NCBI RefSeq assembly: GCF_006345805.1
Contig: NC_043018.1
Coordinates: forward strand, 28,768,001 to 28,832,000
Origin: Octopus sinensis
Lineage: Eukaryota
DNA: 64,000 nucleotides
Direction: 5' to 3'
The notes beneath the pieces were generated by a model. The model was not told where the DNA came from. It saw nothing but the letters and a program-made list of their open reading frames with translations, and did not search any database. The translations under genes were made by a program, and so were the position numbers. Below are positions 39,556 to 53,230 of this stretch, one piece after another. Every line of letters begins with the position of its first letter. Position 1 is the stretch's first letter.

Positions 39556-39980
39556 CAGGATGCAGTGAATAAATTGTCATCTAAATTAAGCAAAAATGAA
39601 TATATCACTGATATCTCATTTTAGCAGATATATATTTACCGAAATTACATAAAAATATCTTGAAATACTAAACAGTAAATTTATTCAATAGAATCGCCAT
39701 TGGCTTCAACCATGGTCTCCAGACGACTTCGGAATCTTCTACAGCTCTTCTGGACGGCCTACTCGTTTAAGGTGGTGACTACTGCTATAATGCTTGCCTT
39801 CAGTTCATCTTTGGTGTTACAAGGAGTTTTGTTGGTCTCTTGTACAACTGCGCGCCGCACATAATAATCAAGGGAGTTGCAGTCTGGGGAGTTAGGTAGC
39901 CAGATGTTATGGGTGATGTGATCGCAGAAATTGTCTAACAGCCATGACTGGATTCCCCTGCTTCTGTGGCATGGTGCATA
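39556..39980 (-). mobile_element. maT-type Tc1/mariner 3' fragment with TIR
   Basis: Translation APCHRSRGIQSWL...IWLPNSPDCNSLDYY...RFRSRLETMVEANGDSIE*; TA|CAGG terminus. Confidence 0.85.
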
Positions 39981-40031
39981 ATTTTTTTGCCAGATATAGG
40001 GTCTTCTAGCAGCTACCGTCTATACCCAGGT

Positions 40032-40072
<41 letters not shown>

Positions 40073-40171
40073 GCCTACCTACCTACATACCTACATACCT
40101 ACCTACCTACATACATACATACCTACCTACCTACCTATCTACCTACGTACCTACGTACCTACCTACCTACG

Positions 40172-40241
<70 letters not shown>

Positions 40242-40551
40242 CGGACGTGCTGTCACTTCGGCTCCGAAGGTAATCGTTTATTTTGACTATTTATAGCCCA
40301 TATTTTGTGTACATTTTTGTAAATAAATTGTGTAAGGCACCCAACTTTCGTTTGAGTGCTTTTCCAAGGGAGGAATTCGCCCCTAGGGGCAGTTTCAACC
40401 CCATTTCATTTCTGTAATTTTCTTCTCGACATTAGAAAATGTCGAGAAATTTTATTGTAGAACGCTGGTCGCGTTCCTTTATGGGCCAGCATTTTCCTAG
40501 TCTGGAAACGCTAGGAGAAGAAAAAAGAACTCATGCACGCAAAGTGCAAAC

Positions 40552-42329
40552 ATGAATATCGTTGGAATGAACGCTGCAACCACGTGCGGTAACAGCCCTG
40601 TCACCACCGCCACCACCATTAACAACAACAACAACGAGACTACTACTGCCATCACCACCACCATCTCCACCACCACCACCACTACCACCACAACCAACAT
40701 AAATGATAAAAATGAAACTCACGCGAATACTATTAAGGAAAACAACAACAACAACAACAAGAACAATAATAAAAATGAACTATCTAATAGTGAAGATGTT
40801 AATACAAAAAAATCAACAACACCAGTAAATTTCGCTGACACTCTTCGCCAGAGGAAAGAGATTGTAACATTTACAAATGAAGAGCTCATAGAAACGAGAG
40901 CTCTCTTTACAAACCGGGGCAAGATTTAGTGCTACATACACCTCAACACATAAAGCAAGAAATAGAAAATAAGACAATTATATATAAAATTATAAAAAAA
41001 AACAAAAAAACTAAATGAACAGATTACAAAAACGGATGTAGAAAAATGCTTAAAAAACATAATGAAAGAAAAAGAATATATAAACTGGGGTCCCCAGTTT
41101 AACACAGTAGTGGTCCGCTTCCCTAACCAGGAAGTGGCAAAAGCTCACTCTACTGCGTCTCTGGGAAATGATGAAATCATCATGGTCCCATACTATAAAA
41201 ACCAGAGAGTGAGTCGAATCACTATTAAAAATGTACCTCCCGAGATTCCTAACAAAACGATAACAGGGGCAATCTGTTACCATTTAAAAAATATCAACAT
41301 TTTGGAAACTGCCGTGTACCTTGGCGACATTTGGGGTGGGAAGACAATAGTGGTGACCATATAGATTGAGGGGGCCTCTATCGAGAGCCTACCGGATAAG
41401 ATCTACTTGGAAAATGGGCAATGCCTATATGTTGTAGCAGAAGGCAAAAAGCCTAGATGCTACAAATGTGGCAGCCCCGAACATTTAATTGCCAAGTGCG
41501 CTCTGGTACAGAAAAAACAAGAAAGAACAAATCAGAAAACAAATAAAAAACCCTTGTTGCCAACACCAACACCAACACCAACACACTCAATTATGGAACA
41601 ATGCCAAGAAAAACAACAAACCAGCAAACAAACCCCAACAACATCACCAAGAAAAGAAACAGTACCAACACAATCATCGTTGACGTCACAACCAATTCAA
41701 CATGTTGAATCAACAAAAAATAGACCAACACCCACACCGAGGACGACAATTAAAAAGACAGAAAACAGTGACGGGAAGACAAATTCTACCTCTAGCACCA
41801 CAAAAACACAAACACCGCACAAAACATCAACAATTTATACAAGCATACATATGAACCCAAATGCTTTGCCTCTACCCCATACTGATACGTCGGACGACGA
41901 AAGTTCGACGGAATGGCAAATAGCCACAGGGGGTAAAAGGAAAAGATCCAAAAATCCACCAAACAAGGAAGTAAACCAGGGAGATATCTAACTCCGGACA
42001 ACATCCCCCTAGACGATCAAAAAAGCAATGAACCCGTAAAACCACACACACAACTAATTGCAATAGACACAGACAATAAAGAATTAATGGACTACATCAC
42101 ATCCAAGACGGACATATGTGAAGATGACTTTAAGACAAACAATCATCCGCACATCACACCACCGAAACACATCAGAATTTTACACATAACACAAGCACAA
42201 CACCACATACTGAAAACAATATTTCCGAATGCGGTAGGCGGGTTTCAACGATACCTGCCGAAAAAACTATACAAACACCTCATCAAAAACAATACAAAAG
42301 AAGAAGAAAAAATGAAACTTTTAAAATGA
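40552..42329 (+). pseudogene. LINE ORF1 (frameshifted; one in-frame stop at 41362-41364)
   Basis: N/T-rich N-terminus, RRM-like segment and CYKCGSPEHLIAKC zinc knuckle. Confidence 0.85.
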
Positions 42330-42346
42330 GTAAGTGACCTCCCCTC

Positions 42347-45300
42347 TTGCCTCTTGTCTCTTCTAATGTAGTGTGTAAAACTTGGAAGCAAGGTTACCTT
42401 CTAAACGACATCAAGTCACTGAACGTGGATATAGTAGCTATCAGTGAAACCAGACTCGGTAAGCCGCGGGCCCTCGAGTCCATGTTTGGAAATCAATTTG
42501 ACATTTATTTTTCTCCCTGTCTGCCGAACATGAGTGGTGGAGGTACCGTGGTGCTTTTTCGAAAGAGTCTAAATGTAAAAGTAAGAGCAATATTCCTAGA
42601 CCCGGAGGGTAGGCTGGTTGTCTTGGACGTGGATGGCAGAAATGGGTGTGCATTCCGGGTCGGGCGGATTTCTTCAGACGTCTAGAGGTTTTCCTGGGTA
42701 CGTCTAGACCTTTACTGGAACGCTACCTTGGACACGCATCTAGATTATGTGGGAAGGGATAGGAATAGAAGGGGGTGTAAGAGCCTCAAAGACCTGTCTG
42801 ACAGGTTCCGACTCGACCATCCGAACGTGCCAACGTGGACTTGGACAAACCGCGTCGGATCGTCGAGATCTTATCTAGATAGAATTCTATGCAGGACAGC
42901 GGATAGGGATAGTGTAGGATGTCCACAATTTAAAATAGTCAGCTACACAGATCACAAATTTGTTACGTGTACGCTCGACTTAGATAAAACACATAGGCAG
43001 GGTCCCGGTTACTGGAAACTGAACACGTCGCTGTTAGCGCAACAGGTTTACAGGAACCGGATTAGCGAGTTAATTAAGAGGGCGCTGACGGGAGCCGTCG
43101 TTAACAACCGCTGGTGGTACGCCCTGAAAATGGCAATAAAATCGGAATCAATTAGGTTTAGCAAGGAATTAGCGATAGAACGAAATAGAGTAGTGGAAGA
43201 CTTGATTAAGAAACTAGAAGAGGCACTTACCACTGGCAGCGCAACCAACGTGCTGGCTGCGAGGATGGCCCTCGACCAACACCTCAATGCCAAGCACGAA
43301 GGTTGCGTCTTCAGAGCTAAAATGCGTGCCTTAAGGAAGGAAGGGATTGAAGCTGCGCGAGAGGCCCGGGTAGCGGAGGCGCAGCGTGGCAACAGAGCCA
43401 CCATTCGGTCTCTAATAGATCAACAGGGATGCAGTTTACTCGAACCCGAAAGGATGTGTGAGGCCTTTCAACAGCACTTTGCTCGACTGTTTGGTGCGAG
43501 TGGTGGGTCGGAACGCGGGATGGATTTCAGTGCCTACCTGACCGTCCTGCCGCGGCTCTCGGCAAGAGAAGCGGAGTGTTGTGAAAGTCCCATCACAGCT
43601 GCTGACGTGTGGGATGCGATGGCGGGCTGCGCGAGGGATAAGTCGCCTGGATTGGATGGTTTACCCTACGAGCTGTATTGTCAAATGCCAGACTTGTTTG
43701 GCGACCTCTTGGCATCAGTCTACTGCAACTGGCAAGAAAACGGGAGAATCCCCGGTTTCGTGAGCCGAGGTGCAGTGACGTTGCTAAAGAAAGACCAAAA
43801 AAAGGAGAATTTTATAGATAATTTCAGGCCCATCACTCTGCTCAACGCAGATTTGAAAATTTTGGCCAAAGTAATAGCCGAGAGGTTGGCGCTTGTCATT
43901 GGTAAACTGGTCGACAGGGCGCAAACATGCGCCGTGCCGGGCAGAACCATACATGACAACCTCCATCTGATGCGCTACATTGTGGACAGGGTAGTTAAGG
44001 ATCCTGACATGGGTGGGGCGCTGATAAATTTGGATCAGTCTAAAGCCTTCGATAGGGTCGACCATCGGTACTTGGCGGCCGTCCTCAGGGCGGCTGGCTT
44101 CGGTCCCGTCTTCCGCGGTTGGATCGCTGCCTTGTATAACGGCATCCGATCGGTGATTCGGGTGAACGGTCACCTGTCGAAACCGTTTGACATCACGCGT
44201 TCGGTCCGTCAGGGGTGTCCCCTGTCGGCGCTTCTGTATGTATTGACTCTCGAGCCGCTACTGCGGAAGCTGGCGACACTGAGGGGCATCCCACGGGAAC
44301 TGGGTTGCGGGAAGAGCGTGTCGGCATATGCGGACGATGTCACCGTCATAGTGTCGAGCGACAAACACATCCAGATGATAGGCGAGACACTAAGAAAATA
44401 CGAAACGTTGACGGGAGCAAAGATTAACCCGGAAAAGTCAGTGGGTTTGCTACTCGGCACCTGGAGAAGCAAGCCTATGCCGTCCGACTGCGGCTCAGTA
44501 GTGGGACGCTGGACGGACGGACCGGTTAAATTGCTCGGGGTCTGGTTCAGTCCGGACCTCCAAATGGATAAGAACTGGGACGAGATCACGAGTAGAGTGG
44601 TCGCTCTCAGCCAAACATGGGCCGAGAGAAAGCTGTCTCTAAAGGCCGGGCGGAAGTGGCGAACGCGTACATCGCATCCGTCATCGATTACCGCCTGACC
44701 GTCGTACCTTGTCCCGACGCCACCATCACCAAACTGGAACGCATACTCTTCCGCTTCCTGTGGAAGGGTGGCGTTCCGATGGTGAGGAAGTCCATTTGCT
44801 GTCAACATCCGTTGAATAGGGGACTGGGCATGCCGTGGTTGATGATGCGCAGGCATGCGCTGAGACTGCGGCATCTCTGGAACTTCATCGACGACGGTGA
44901 ACAGGTGTGGGCGCCGTTTGTGAGGCGCGACTTCCCGCAGCTCGTCTCACTGACCGAACTGCAAACGTGGATCAAAAAGAGACCGAAACTGGGCGATTGG
45001 AACCGAGAGTGTCGCCAAGCTCTACAGCAGCTCTGCCGACCGGGGTCAAACTTGTGCAACTTACAAACGACTAAGGCGTTCTATAGAGGACTAGTGGAGG
45101 GGAGGTCCGACGACACACTCGGGGCAAACCTGGGCGTCGACGAGGAATTCCTAACCCGCCTGTTCAGGACGACGTTCGGGCCGGGGCCTATGGATAACTT
45201 CCAGAAATCCCTGGCTTGGCAGTGCTATCGAGACGCACTACCTGTTCGAGAGAAGAGCTACAGACACGGTTCGAAAACCATCACCGGACCGACCTGCCTG

Positions 45301-45710
45301 AGATGCGGTCAGAGCGACAAAATCGTTCTGCACGCACTCGTGCAGTGTCCAGATATTTCAGAGCTGTGGTCCTTCGTCGAACAGCTGTTGTCACGTGTAG
45401 GTCGGGCTCGCCTATCGGCCGAGTCTATCGTGTATATTGTTCCACCACCTTCCTTTAAACGGGAAGGGAAAACGGTTTTCGTTACGCTGATGGCTATGGC
45501 GAAAGAATGTGTGTGGTGGACGCGTTTGAAAGGACTGCAAACACCTTCCTCTCTGGTCAGTCTCTCGTCAACTTTTTCAAGTACCACTTGAAAAGGAGGA
45601 TGAGAATAGAGAGAAAGGCTTTGTCGAACGAATGTTTTAATAAAAAGTGGGTAAAAGTGGCAAAAATGGTCAGTATGAGAAACGACACTATTTTAAGCAT
45701 AAATCTGTAA
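42347..45710 (+). pseudogene. LINE ORF2: AP endonuclease, reverse transcriptase, zinc finger (frameshifted)
   Basis: DIVAISET, SYLDRI, SPGLDG, FRPITLLN, DQSKAFDRVDH, VRQGCPLS, YADD, CLRC...HALVQC. Confidence 0.95.
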
Positions 45711-45826
45711 CCCAAAGAGACAACGAGAAGTAAGGCGACTTACTCATGTGTTCTTTTTCGAATTGTCTGAGTTGACCTTGGTCTTTTTTGTAGGTTTTTC
45801 TTTCCAAGGCTACACCTAAACTGTGA

Positions 45827-45863
<37 letters not shown>

Positions 45864-46664
45864 CTTTTTTATACACCACACAACCCACAGATCCCTATTG
45901 ATCAAACGTTTTTTTTTCTTGTGCCCCACCCATCCCACCTCGAAAAGAAAAAATTCTACATTGTATTTCGTCCATTTTTATTCTGTGTTTAGCCCTGTGT
46001 GGCTACAATAAAAAGTTATCTATGTATGTATGTATGTATATATATGTATATATATATATATACACAAATACACTCACACACATTCAAATATATGTGCATA
46101 CATAGACACACACGCACATATATGTATGTATGCATATATGTATCAATCTCTCTCTCCCCACCCCATACAAGTGTGTTTGTATGTATGCACGTGCTATATT
46201 CCCTAGAGGGCGCTGACTGACAAGTTAGAACAAATTAAAACATTTTACAGAACTTATTTACATTCCTTTATATTCCAAGTCCAAATTTTGATAACATCGA
46301 CTTTGCTTTTTGCTCATCTAAGTATCAATTAAAAAATCAATCAATCAAGCAATCAATCAGTCAGTCAATAATTCAATTCATCGATATATAGCCCCTCTTC
46401 ATCCTAGAACATCACTGAATAACATTTCTTTTGTAAATTGTTCAATAGAATTTGTTTACATCAACTTTTTAATCGATTCCTCAAAAACTTATTTTGGTCT
46501 TTACACAAAACAAACAGTAATAACAATAATATTAACAATAACAACAGCAACAACATCAAGAACAACAACAACAACAACTAGTACAAGAACATGAATAGCA
46601 ACAACAACTCCTACAGCGACGATGATGATGGTGACGATGATAATAATAACAACAATAATAATAC

Positions 46665-47229
46665 TTTCTCCTATAGCCACAAGGCCTGTAATTTGGTGGG
46701 AGGGAATTAGTCGATTATATCGACGCCAGTGCATAACTGGTACTTAATTTCTCGACTCCGAAAGAATGAAAGGCAGAGTCGAACTCGGAGGAATTTGAAC
46801 TCGGAACGTAGCGACAGGCGAAATACCTATTTCTTTACTACCCACAAGGGGCTTAACACAAAGAGGACAAACAAGGACAGACAAACGGATTAAGTCGATT
46901 GTATCGACCCCAGTGCGTAACTGGTACTTATTTAATCGACCCCGAAAGGATGAAAGGCAAAGTCGATCTCGGAGGAATTTGAACTCGGAACGTAGCAGCA
47001 ACGGGCGAAATACCTATTTCTTTACTACTCACAAGGGGCTAAACACAGAAAGGACAAACAAGGACAGACAAACGGATTAAGTCGATTATATCGACCCCAG
47101 TGCGTAACTGGTACTTATTTAATCGACCCCAAAACGATGAAAGGCAAAGTCGACCCCTGCGGAATTTGAACTCAGAACGTAACAGCAGACGAAATACGGC
47201 TACGCATTTCGCCCGGCGTGCTAACGTTT
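46665..47229 (-). mobile_element. SINE-B trimer with mixed tails (B1-B1-B3)
   Basis: Two GAAATAG|GTATTTCG junctions; the terminal unit has a different tail. Confidence 0.9.
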
Positions 47230-47290
47230 CTGCCAGCTCGTCGCCTTAATCAGTCATGATGATGATGATGATGATGATGATGACTGTGTT

Positions 47291-48150
47291 GATTTCATTT
47301 ATTTGTCACAAGAGCGAAGGATGAGGGGGACAACACAAAGACAGACATAAAGTGTGAGGATTTACATACAATGAAATGATAAAGAAAAGGGAAGTTCAGT
47401 ATACACAGTATAAGAAGGGAAAAAGAAGGGACACATGAGTAGTATACAAAGTTTTAAAGAAGAGGATGCTAGAGATGTGGCCCTCCTGGTACAGGAAGGC
47501 CTCTTGTAGTAATTGAGGAAACATACTGTCCGAGATTTCCCTGAGACCTTAGGAGCAAGTGCCCTCTCCAATTCCTCCCCGATTCATAGGTCTACACTGA
47601 GAGAGGTACCATCCATGCTTACCATTTTTGCAACTTAAACTCAACTTTTGATAAACTCACTGGAGGACAGCATTTCCCTCTTCATCCTCAATTTCCTTTT
47701 CAAGTGAAACTTGAAGAAGTCAATGACAGCTCTACCAAAGAGGAATGTATCTGTCCTCATGACTTTCAGCCTTGTCCACCAAGCAACCACTTTCGTCGCC
47801 GACACCAGGCAAAGAAAACTGCCTAACCTGCCCGATTGAAGGAGGGCGGCAGTGCGACCATCACTACACACTATGGATCCATCACACATATGACAGCAGC
47901 AGTTCGACATAACCCCACAGGTCAGCAATGCTCGGACACTGAACGAGGGCGTGCAGAACGGTTTCGTCACTCTGCGCGCACTTCGGACAAAGCCGTCTGA
48001 CAGCACATCCGTGCATGTAGAGTTTATCTGGAACCGGTAGCGCCCCCCGGTAGCACTGCCAGGCCAAGGACATCTGGAAATTATCTATGATAATTCCTGA
48101 CCGGAAGGTCCTCCGGAACAGAATAGCAAGTTCGTTCTCGTTGGCGCCCA
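47291..48150 (-). mobile_element. 5'-truncated Tx1-like LINE 3' end (second subfamily)
   Basis: SLAWQCYRGALPV...CPKC...HALVQC and FFKFHLKRKLR...VAKMVSM, plus a 3' UTR. Confidence 0.9.
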
Positions 48151-48445
48151 GAAATGCTTAGCGGCATTTCTTCTGTCTTTAAGTTCTGTGTTCAAATTCC
48201 GCCGATATCGACTTTGCCTTTCATCTCTATGGATTCGATAAAATAAGTACTAGTTGGCTACTGGAGTCGATATAATCGACTTTATCGTTTCCCTGAAATT
48301 GCTGGCCTTGTGCCAAAATTTGAAACCAAAATTAAAATTCTTCTTGTGTTTAAAATGAGACAGCATATTCATGAGGTAGTTTTGGTAAAAGATGCAGATC
48401 TTTGGGTGAAATAAAACGTTGCCTTCGTTTTGCAGCTCAGAAACG

Positions 48446-48487
<42 letters not shown>

Positions 48488-48742
48488 GCACACACGACCA
48501 TCATTATACACACATCATCATTACACATACACAACAGCAACAGCATTTTTGTCGACCTTTACGTTCTGAGTTCTAATTCCACCGTGAGCCGACTTTATCG
48601 CTCATGCTTTCCTAGAGTGATAAGATAAGTACCAGTCGTGTACTGGGGTCAATATAATTGAATAGTCACCCCACCACAAAGTTTCAGCCCTTTCTGCCTA
48701 TAATAGAACTCCTTCCCACCAAAACCCCCCCAAAAATTACAA

Positions 48743-49152
48743 GGCGCAGGAGTGGCTGAGTGGTAAGTAGCTTGCTTTCCAACCACATGGTTCCGAGTTC
48801 AGTCCCACTGCGTGGAACCTTGGGCTTCTACTATAGCCTCGGGCCGACCAAAGCCTTGTGAGTGGATTTGGTAGACAGAAACTGAAAGAAGCCCGTCGTA
48901 TATATGTATATATATATATAAATATATTTGTGCGTGTATGTTTGTGTGTCTGTGTTTGTCCCCCTAGCATTGCTTGACAACCGATGCTGGTGTGTTTACG
49001 GACCCGTCACTTAGCGGTTCGGCAAAAGAGACCGATATAATAAGTACTGGGCTAACAAAGAATAAGTCCCGGGGTCGAGTTGCTCGACTAAAGGCGGTGC
49101 TCCAGCATGGCCTCAGTCAACTGACTGAAACAAGTAAAAGAGTAAAAAGAGT
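48743..49152 (+). mobile_element. SINE-C, full length
   Basis: Head to (GAGTAAAA)n tail. Confidence 0.9.
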
Positions 49153-49389
49153 AAGGGAGCTTCTCTGTCGTGGCTCTGTCACGGAGTGACTGGAAAAAAA
49201 CCAAAAGAAGCTCAGAATGGAAAAGTCTTAAAAAATTTAGCAGTTTGCTGAAATGGTAAATGGTAGTAGGAGTGGTGGGGGCGGGAAGAGTAGAGGAGAC
49301 TATTGCTGTATTGTTTATTAAGGGAGAGGATCTTAGCTTCGGTCAGTTGGTTCAGAAGAAGCATTTGAAGCAAGAAAGGATGTTTCGGT

Positions 49390-49413
49390 ATACATGTCAG
49401 TGTGTGTATGTGT

Positions 49414-49445
<32 letters not shown>

Positions 49446-50040
49446 TTGTGCGTTTGTGTGCCTGTGTGCATGTATATATATTTGTGCGTTTGTGTGTATG
49501 TATAAGTACTTGTTTGTATGTGTTTGTTTGTCTGCGCGTGTGTATATGCGTATGTGTGTGTGTATGTTTGTATGTGTGTCGATATATGTGCGTATACGTA
49601 TATGTATATGTATGTTTTCGCTCGCTTGTGTGTGTGTGTGTGTTTACCCCTTCGTGCATGTGTGTGTGAATGAGGTGTGTGTATGTGTGTATATGTTTGC
49701 ATGTGTATGTATATGTGTGTGTTCGCTCGCTTGTGTGTGTGTATGAGTTTGCTCCCTAGTGCATGTGTGTGTGAATGCGTTTGTGTATGTGTGTGTATAT
49801 ATATCTGTATGTGTATCTATACGTCTGCGTATATGTGTATATATATGTATGTGTTCGCTTGTTTGTGTGCATGTTTTTGCTTACTTGTGCATTTGTGTGA
49901 AAGAGTCTGTGTATGTATATGTGTGTGTATATGTTTGTATGTGTATCTATATATGTACATATATGTGTATATATATGTGTGTGTTCGGTCGCTTGTGTAT
50001 GAGTGTGTGTGAGTATGAGCGTATGCATATATGTGTCCGT
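49390..50040. repeat. Degenerate (TG)n tract
   Basis: Directly visible. Confidence 0.9.
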
Positions 50041-50582
50041 GTACGTTGAATATTTAGAGATGGTAACACAAAGTTGAAAGACACAGAAGTTAAATTTTAA
50101 GAAGAATTAGTCATAACAAGCGGGTGGCTTAAGCCATATTACGTGATGTTACTAAGTTCAAAGGAGAACAGAGAGCGAAAAGAGAATATGTTGCGTTTCA
50201 TGCTTAAGGAATTAAGAAGTTTTAATATATTTGTGTGAAGTCCATCTTTATATGCATAAATACCAACACAATCACGCATACACACAAACACACACATACA
50301 TATATATGTATATATATATGTATACATACACGCACACAAACACACATATATCTATATATACACACATATACGCACATGAACACACATATGCGTGCATACA
50401 CATATATCACCAGATATATATATATACTTTATTTAAAAGCAGCAGAAATTCAACAAAACCTGTTACTCGGAGTTTCACGTTCCCGTTCGTCGGACAGTTT
50501 TGTTAACAAATAAAGCATATTATTCTACCCCTGGTATTTCAGTACTTTTTTTCCACCTTGTTTCACATTTATGTCTTTACTC

Positions 50583-50648
<66 letters not shown>

Positions 50649-50728
50649 ACACACATTCACACGTGTACACCTCTGCCTCTTAAACTGAAAAGAACCGCAG
50701 ATGTCAACAGCGGCGGTCACCAGTCAGA

Positions 50729-50765
<37 letters not shown>

Positions 50766-51152
50766 CACACAAATCAGAATACCATTCACAGTGCCTTCGA
50801 AGGTTCGCTCAGCAAACCTTTCGTCCGACTGCGATGAATTGAAATTATTCTTGGCTTTATATGGCATCTGTTCAGTTAAAATCTTCCTTGGATATATGGG
50901 TTTGAGTGGAGTGGTAATAAGGTTTCAGGGTGGATTGTAATGGAGATGTGTTTTGGAGAATTTTTTATTCATTAAATTTGGAGTTGTGCTATTGTTTAGA
51001 GTATAATCATGTATGAACATACGTACTTAAATATAGATGTATGTATATAGATACGCACACACACACACACACACGTACATATCTATAAGCACATTCCTTT
51101 AGTCTTTTTATCTTTTACACGGTTCAGCGCCAAAGCAGTCGCCATGTTGGCA

Positions 51153-51277
<125 letters not shown>

Positions 51278-51354
51278 ATATACATATATATCGCCATGTT
51301 GATTCGCTAGCATCTGCACGCATTTTTTTCTCTCCGTGTTTCTTTTCTGGTGTA

Positions 51355-51392
51355 TCTTTCTGTTGAAGAGCGTAGGCTCGAAACGTAAAAGA
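51355..51392 (+). ncRNA. Variant minimal hammerhead-like motif (family H2)
   Basis: UCUUU-CUGUUGA-A-GAGC(GUAG)GCUC-GAAA-CG-UA-AAAGA, inside a ~200-bp repeat (51290-51490) also present at 57706-57930. Confidence 0.55.
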
Positions 51393-51689
51393 CTTGTTTT
51401 ATTTATATTCCTGAGCGCCATACTAATACAATTGTTTGTTTGTACTCCATCTGCCTTCGTCTTTTGTTTATTTTCATAAAGCTTCCCGTTATATATAATA
51501 TATATATATATATATAATATATATATAATATATATATATATAATATATAATATATATACACATATATATATATAAAATCGCCACTGACTTCAACCACATA
51601 TATTTATTTTTTATTTCACACAAGTGCATTGTTTATTTTTGATTTAGTCGACTATAGAGTATAGTAGGGTCAGTTGGATACCGTCTATG

Positions 51690-52440
51690 AGAAATACAGC
51701 ACAATGGCAGAATTCACTCTGCCAGAAATTTGGAAATGATATGCTGTACTGCTCGGCATTCGCGCCGGGGGTTCCAATACAAACATTTCAGAGTGTTTGG
51801 GTGTCAGTCTGAGGATAGTGCAATCTGAGGACATGTACCGGAAGTGACAAAAATCAAACATCCTTTCAACATCATGGTGTTTGGAGTGATCACTACTGAT
51901 ACTGATGGTGAAGTTATGCCTCCATTCATCTCCCCACACGGCTTCGGACTCAAGAAGGTGGCCTTCATCAAATACCTGGAGGAGGTTGGGCTGTTCTGGG
52001 TGAAGACGGTGGTGGCTGGAAGACTCTATATCTGGCAACAGGACTCTGAACCACGCCACAGAAGCAGGAGAACCCAGTCATGGTTGTCAGAAAATTTCTG
52101 TGACCACATCAGTCCTAACATCTGGCCACCTAACTCCCCAGACAGCAACTTCCTTGATTATCATGTGTGGGGCACAATAAAACTCCAAACATGAACTGAC
52201 GGCCAGTATTATGGCAGAATTCACCAACTTAAAGAAGGTGACAAGTCAGAAGAGTTACAGAAGATTTCGAAGTCGCCGGGAAGCTGTGGTTGAAGTCAGT
52301 GGCGATTTTATTGAATAAATTGTTTAGCTTTTCAAGATATTTTTATATAATTTTGGTAAATATATCTGTTAAAATGAGATGTCAGTATTATTTTTTCAAT
52401 TTTGCGTAATTTAGACGACAGTTTATTCACCGCACCCCGT
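51690..52440 (+). mobile_element. Internally deleted DD37D (maT) transposon relic
   Basis: HTH-like AVLLGIRAG...LGVSLRIVQ; KHP..MVFGV...WQQD-x37-D (WPPNSPDSNFLDY); right TIR homologous to the 39556 copy. Confidence 0.85.
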
Positions 52441-52441
52441 C

Positions 52442-52509
<68 letters not shown>

Positions 52510-52615
52510 ATATTATATATATATATATGTATAAGGATGTAAAGGAACACACGAGTTGATATATATGAAAAAATAAGTCAAGATAGAAAATGCTAAAATA
52601 ATTTTATAAAGAACA

Positions 52616-52659
52616 TTTCAGTACCAGTTTCGGTCATTTTGAGACCTTTTCAACTGTAA
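52616..52659 (-). ncRNA. Hammerhead U3-A8 variant (H5, minus copy)
   Basis: As the plus copy, but the helix III loop is CUGG. Confidence 0.65.
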
Positions 52660-52880
52660 CGATTAAATAATTAAATTTAGAAAAATTAAAAGAAAAGTTT
52701 TTTTTAAAGAATATTTGTATAGTGTTCAAATATAAGACAGCGACCTCGAACCCACAAGTGTAAACAAAAGAGACAGAGAAAGGCAGAAACAAGGAAAATG
52801 CCACTTATATTTAAACACTATACAAATATTCTTTTAAAAAAACTTTTCTTTTAATTTTTCTAAATTTAATTATTTAATAG

Positions 52881-52924
52881 TTACAGTTGAAAAGGTCTCA
52901 AAATGACCGAAACCGGTACTGAAA
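52881..52924 (+). ncRNA. Hammerhead U3-A8 variant (H5, plus copy)
   Basis: UUACAG-UUGAAAA-GGUC(UCAAAAU)GACC-GAAA-CCGG-UA-CUGAAA. Confidence 0.75.
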
Positions 52925-53230
52925 TGTTCTTTATAAAATTATTTTCTATCTTGACTTATTTTTTCATATATATATATATATATTTATAAATGAGGGTGAA
53001 AAATTGATATTAAATTAATAATACCATTAATTTAACACCAAGTGGCTTAGCACAAAAAACTAGGGAGAAAATACAAATTTATACATACATTATTAGAGTG
53101 TTACCACTATGTGGATAGCTCTAGTGCTAAAAATAGCTCCGATAGTATAGCCACAGAAATGATGTTTCCAACTAGAAATAACATTACATTTAACGGAAGG
53201 AAAGTGAAACATAACTAATAAATAGATTGA

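Larger units (their letters stand above)
40500..46015 (+). mobile_element. Near full-length, decayed L1/Tx1-clade LINE
   Basis: ORF1 with a CCHC knuckle; ORF2 with APE, RT and C-terminal zinc finger; about 300-bp 3' UTR. The 5' boundary is approximate. Confidence 0.95.
52560..52972. mobile_element. Fold-back element H5 in (TA)n
   Basis: Arms 52560-52736 and 52804-52972; each arm carries a hammerhead. Confidence 0.8.

Noticed and set aside
43048-45587. Antisense ORFs over the LINE (for example 44209..44874)
   Set aside because: Shadow frames of the GC-rich ORF2.
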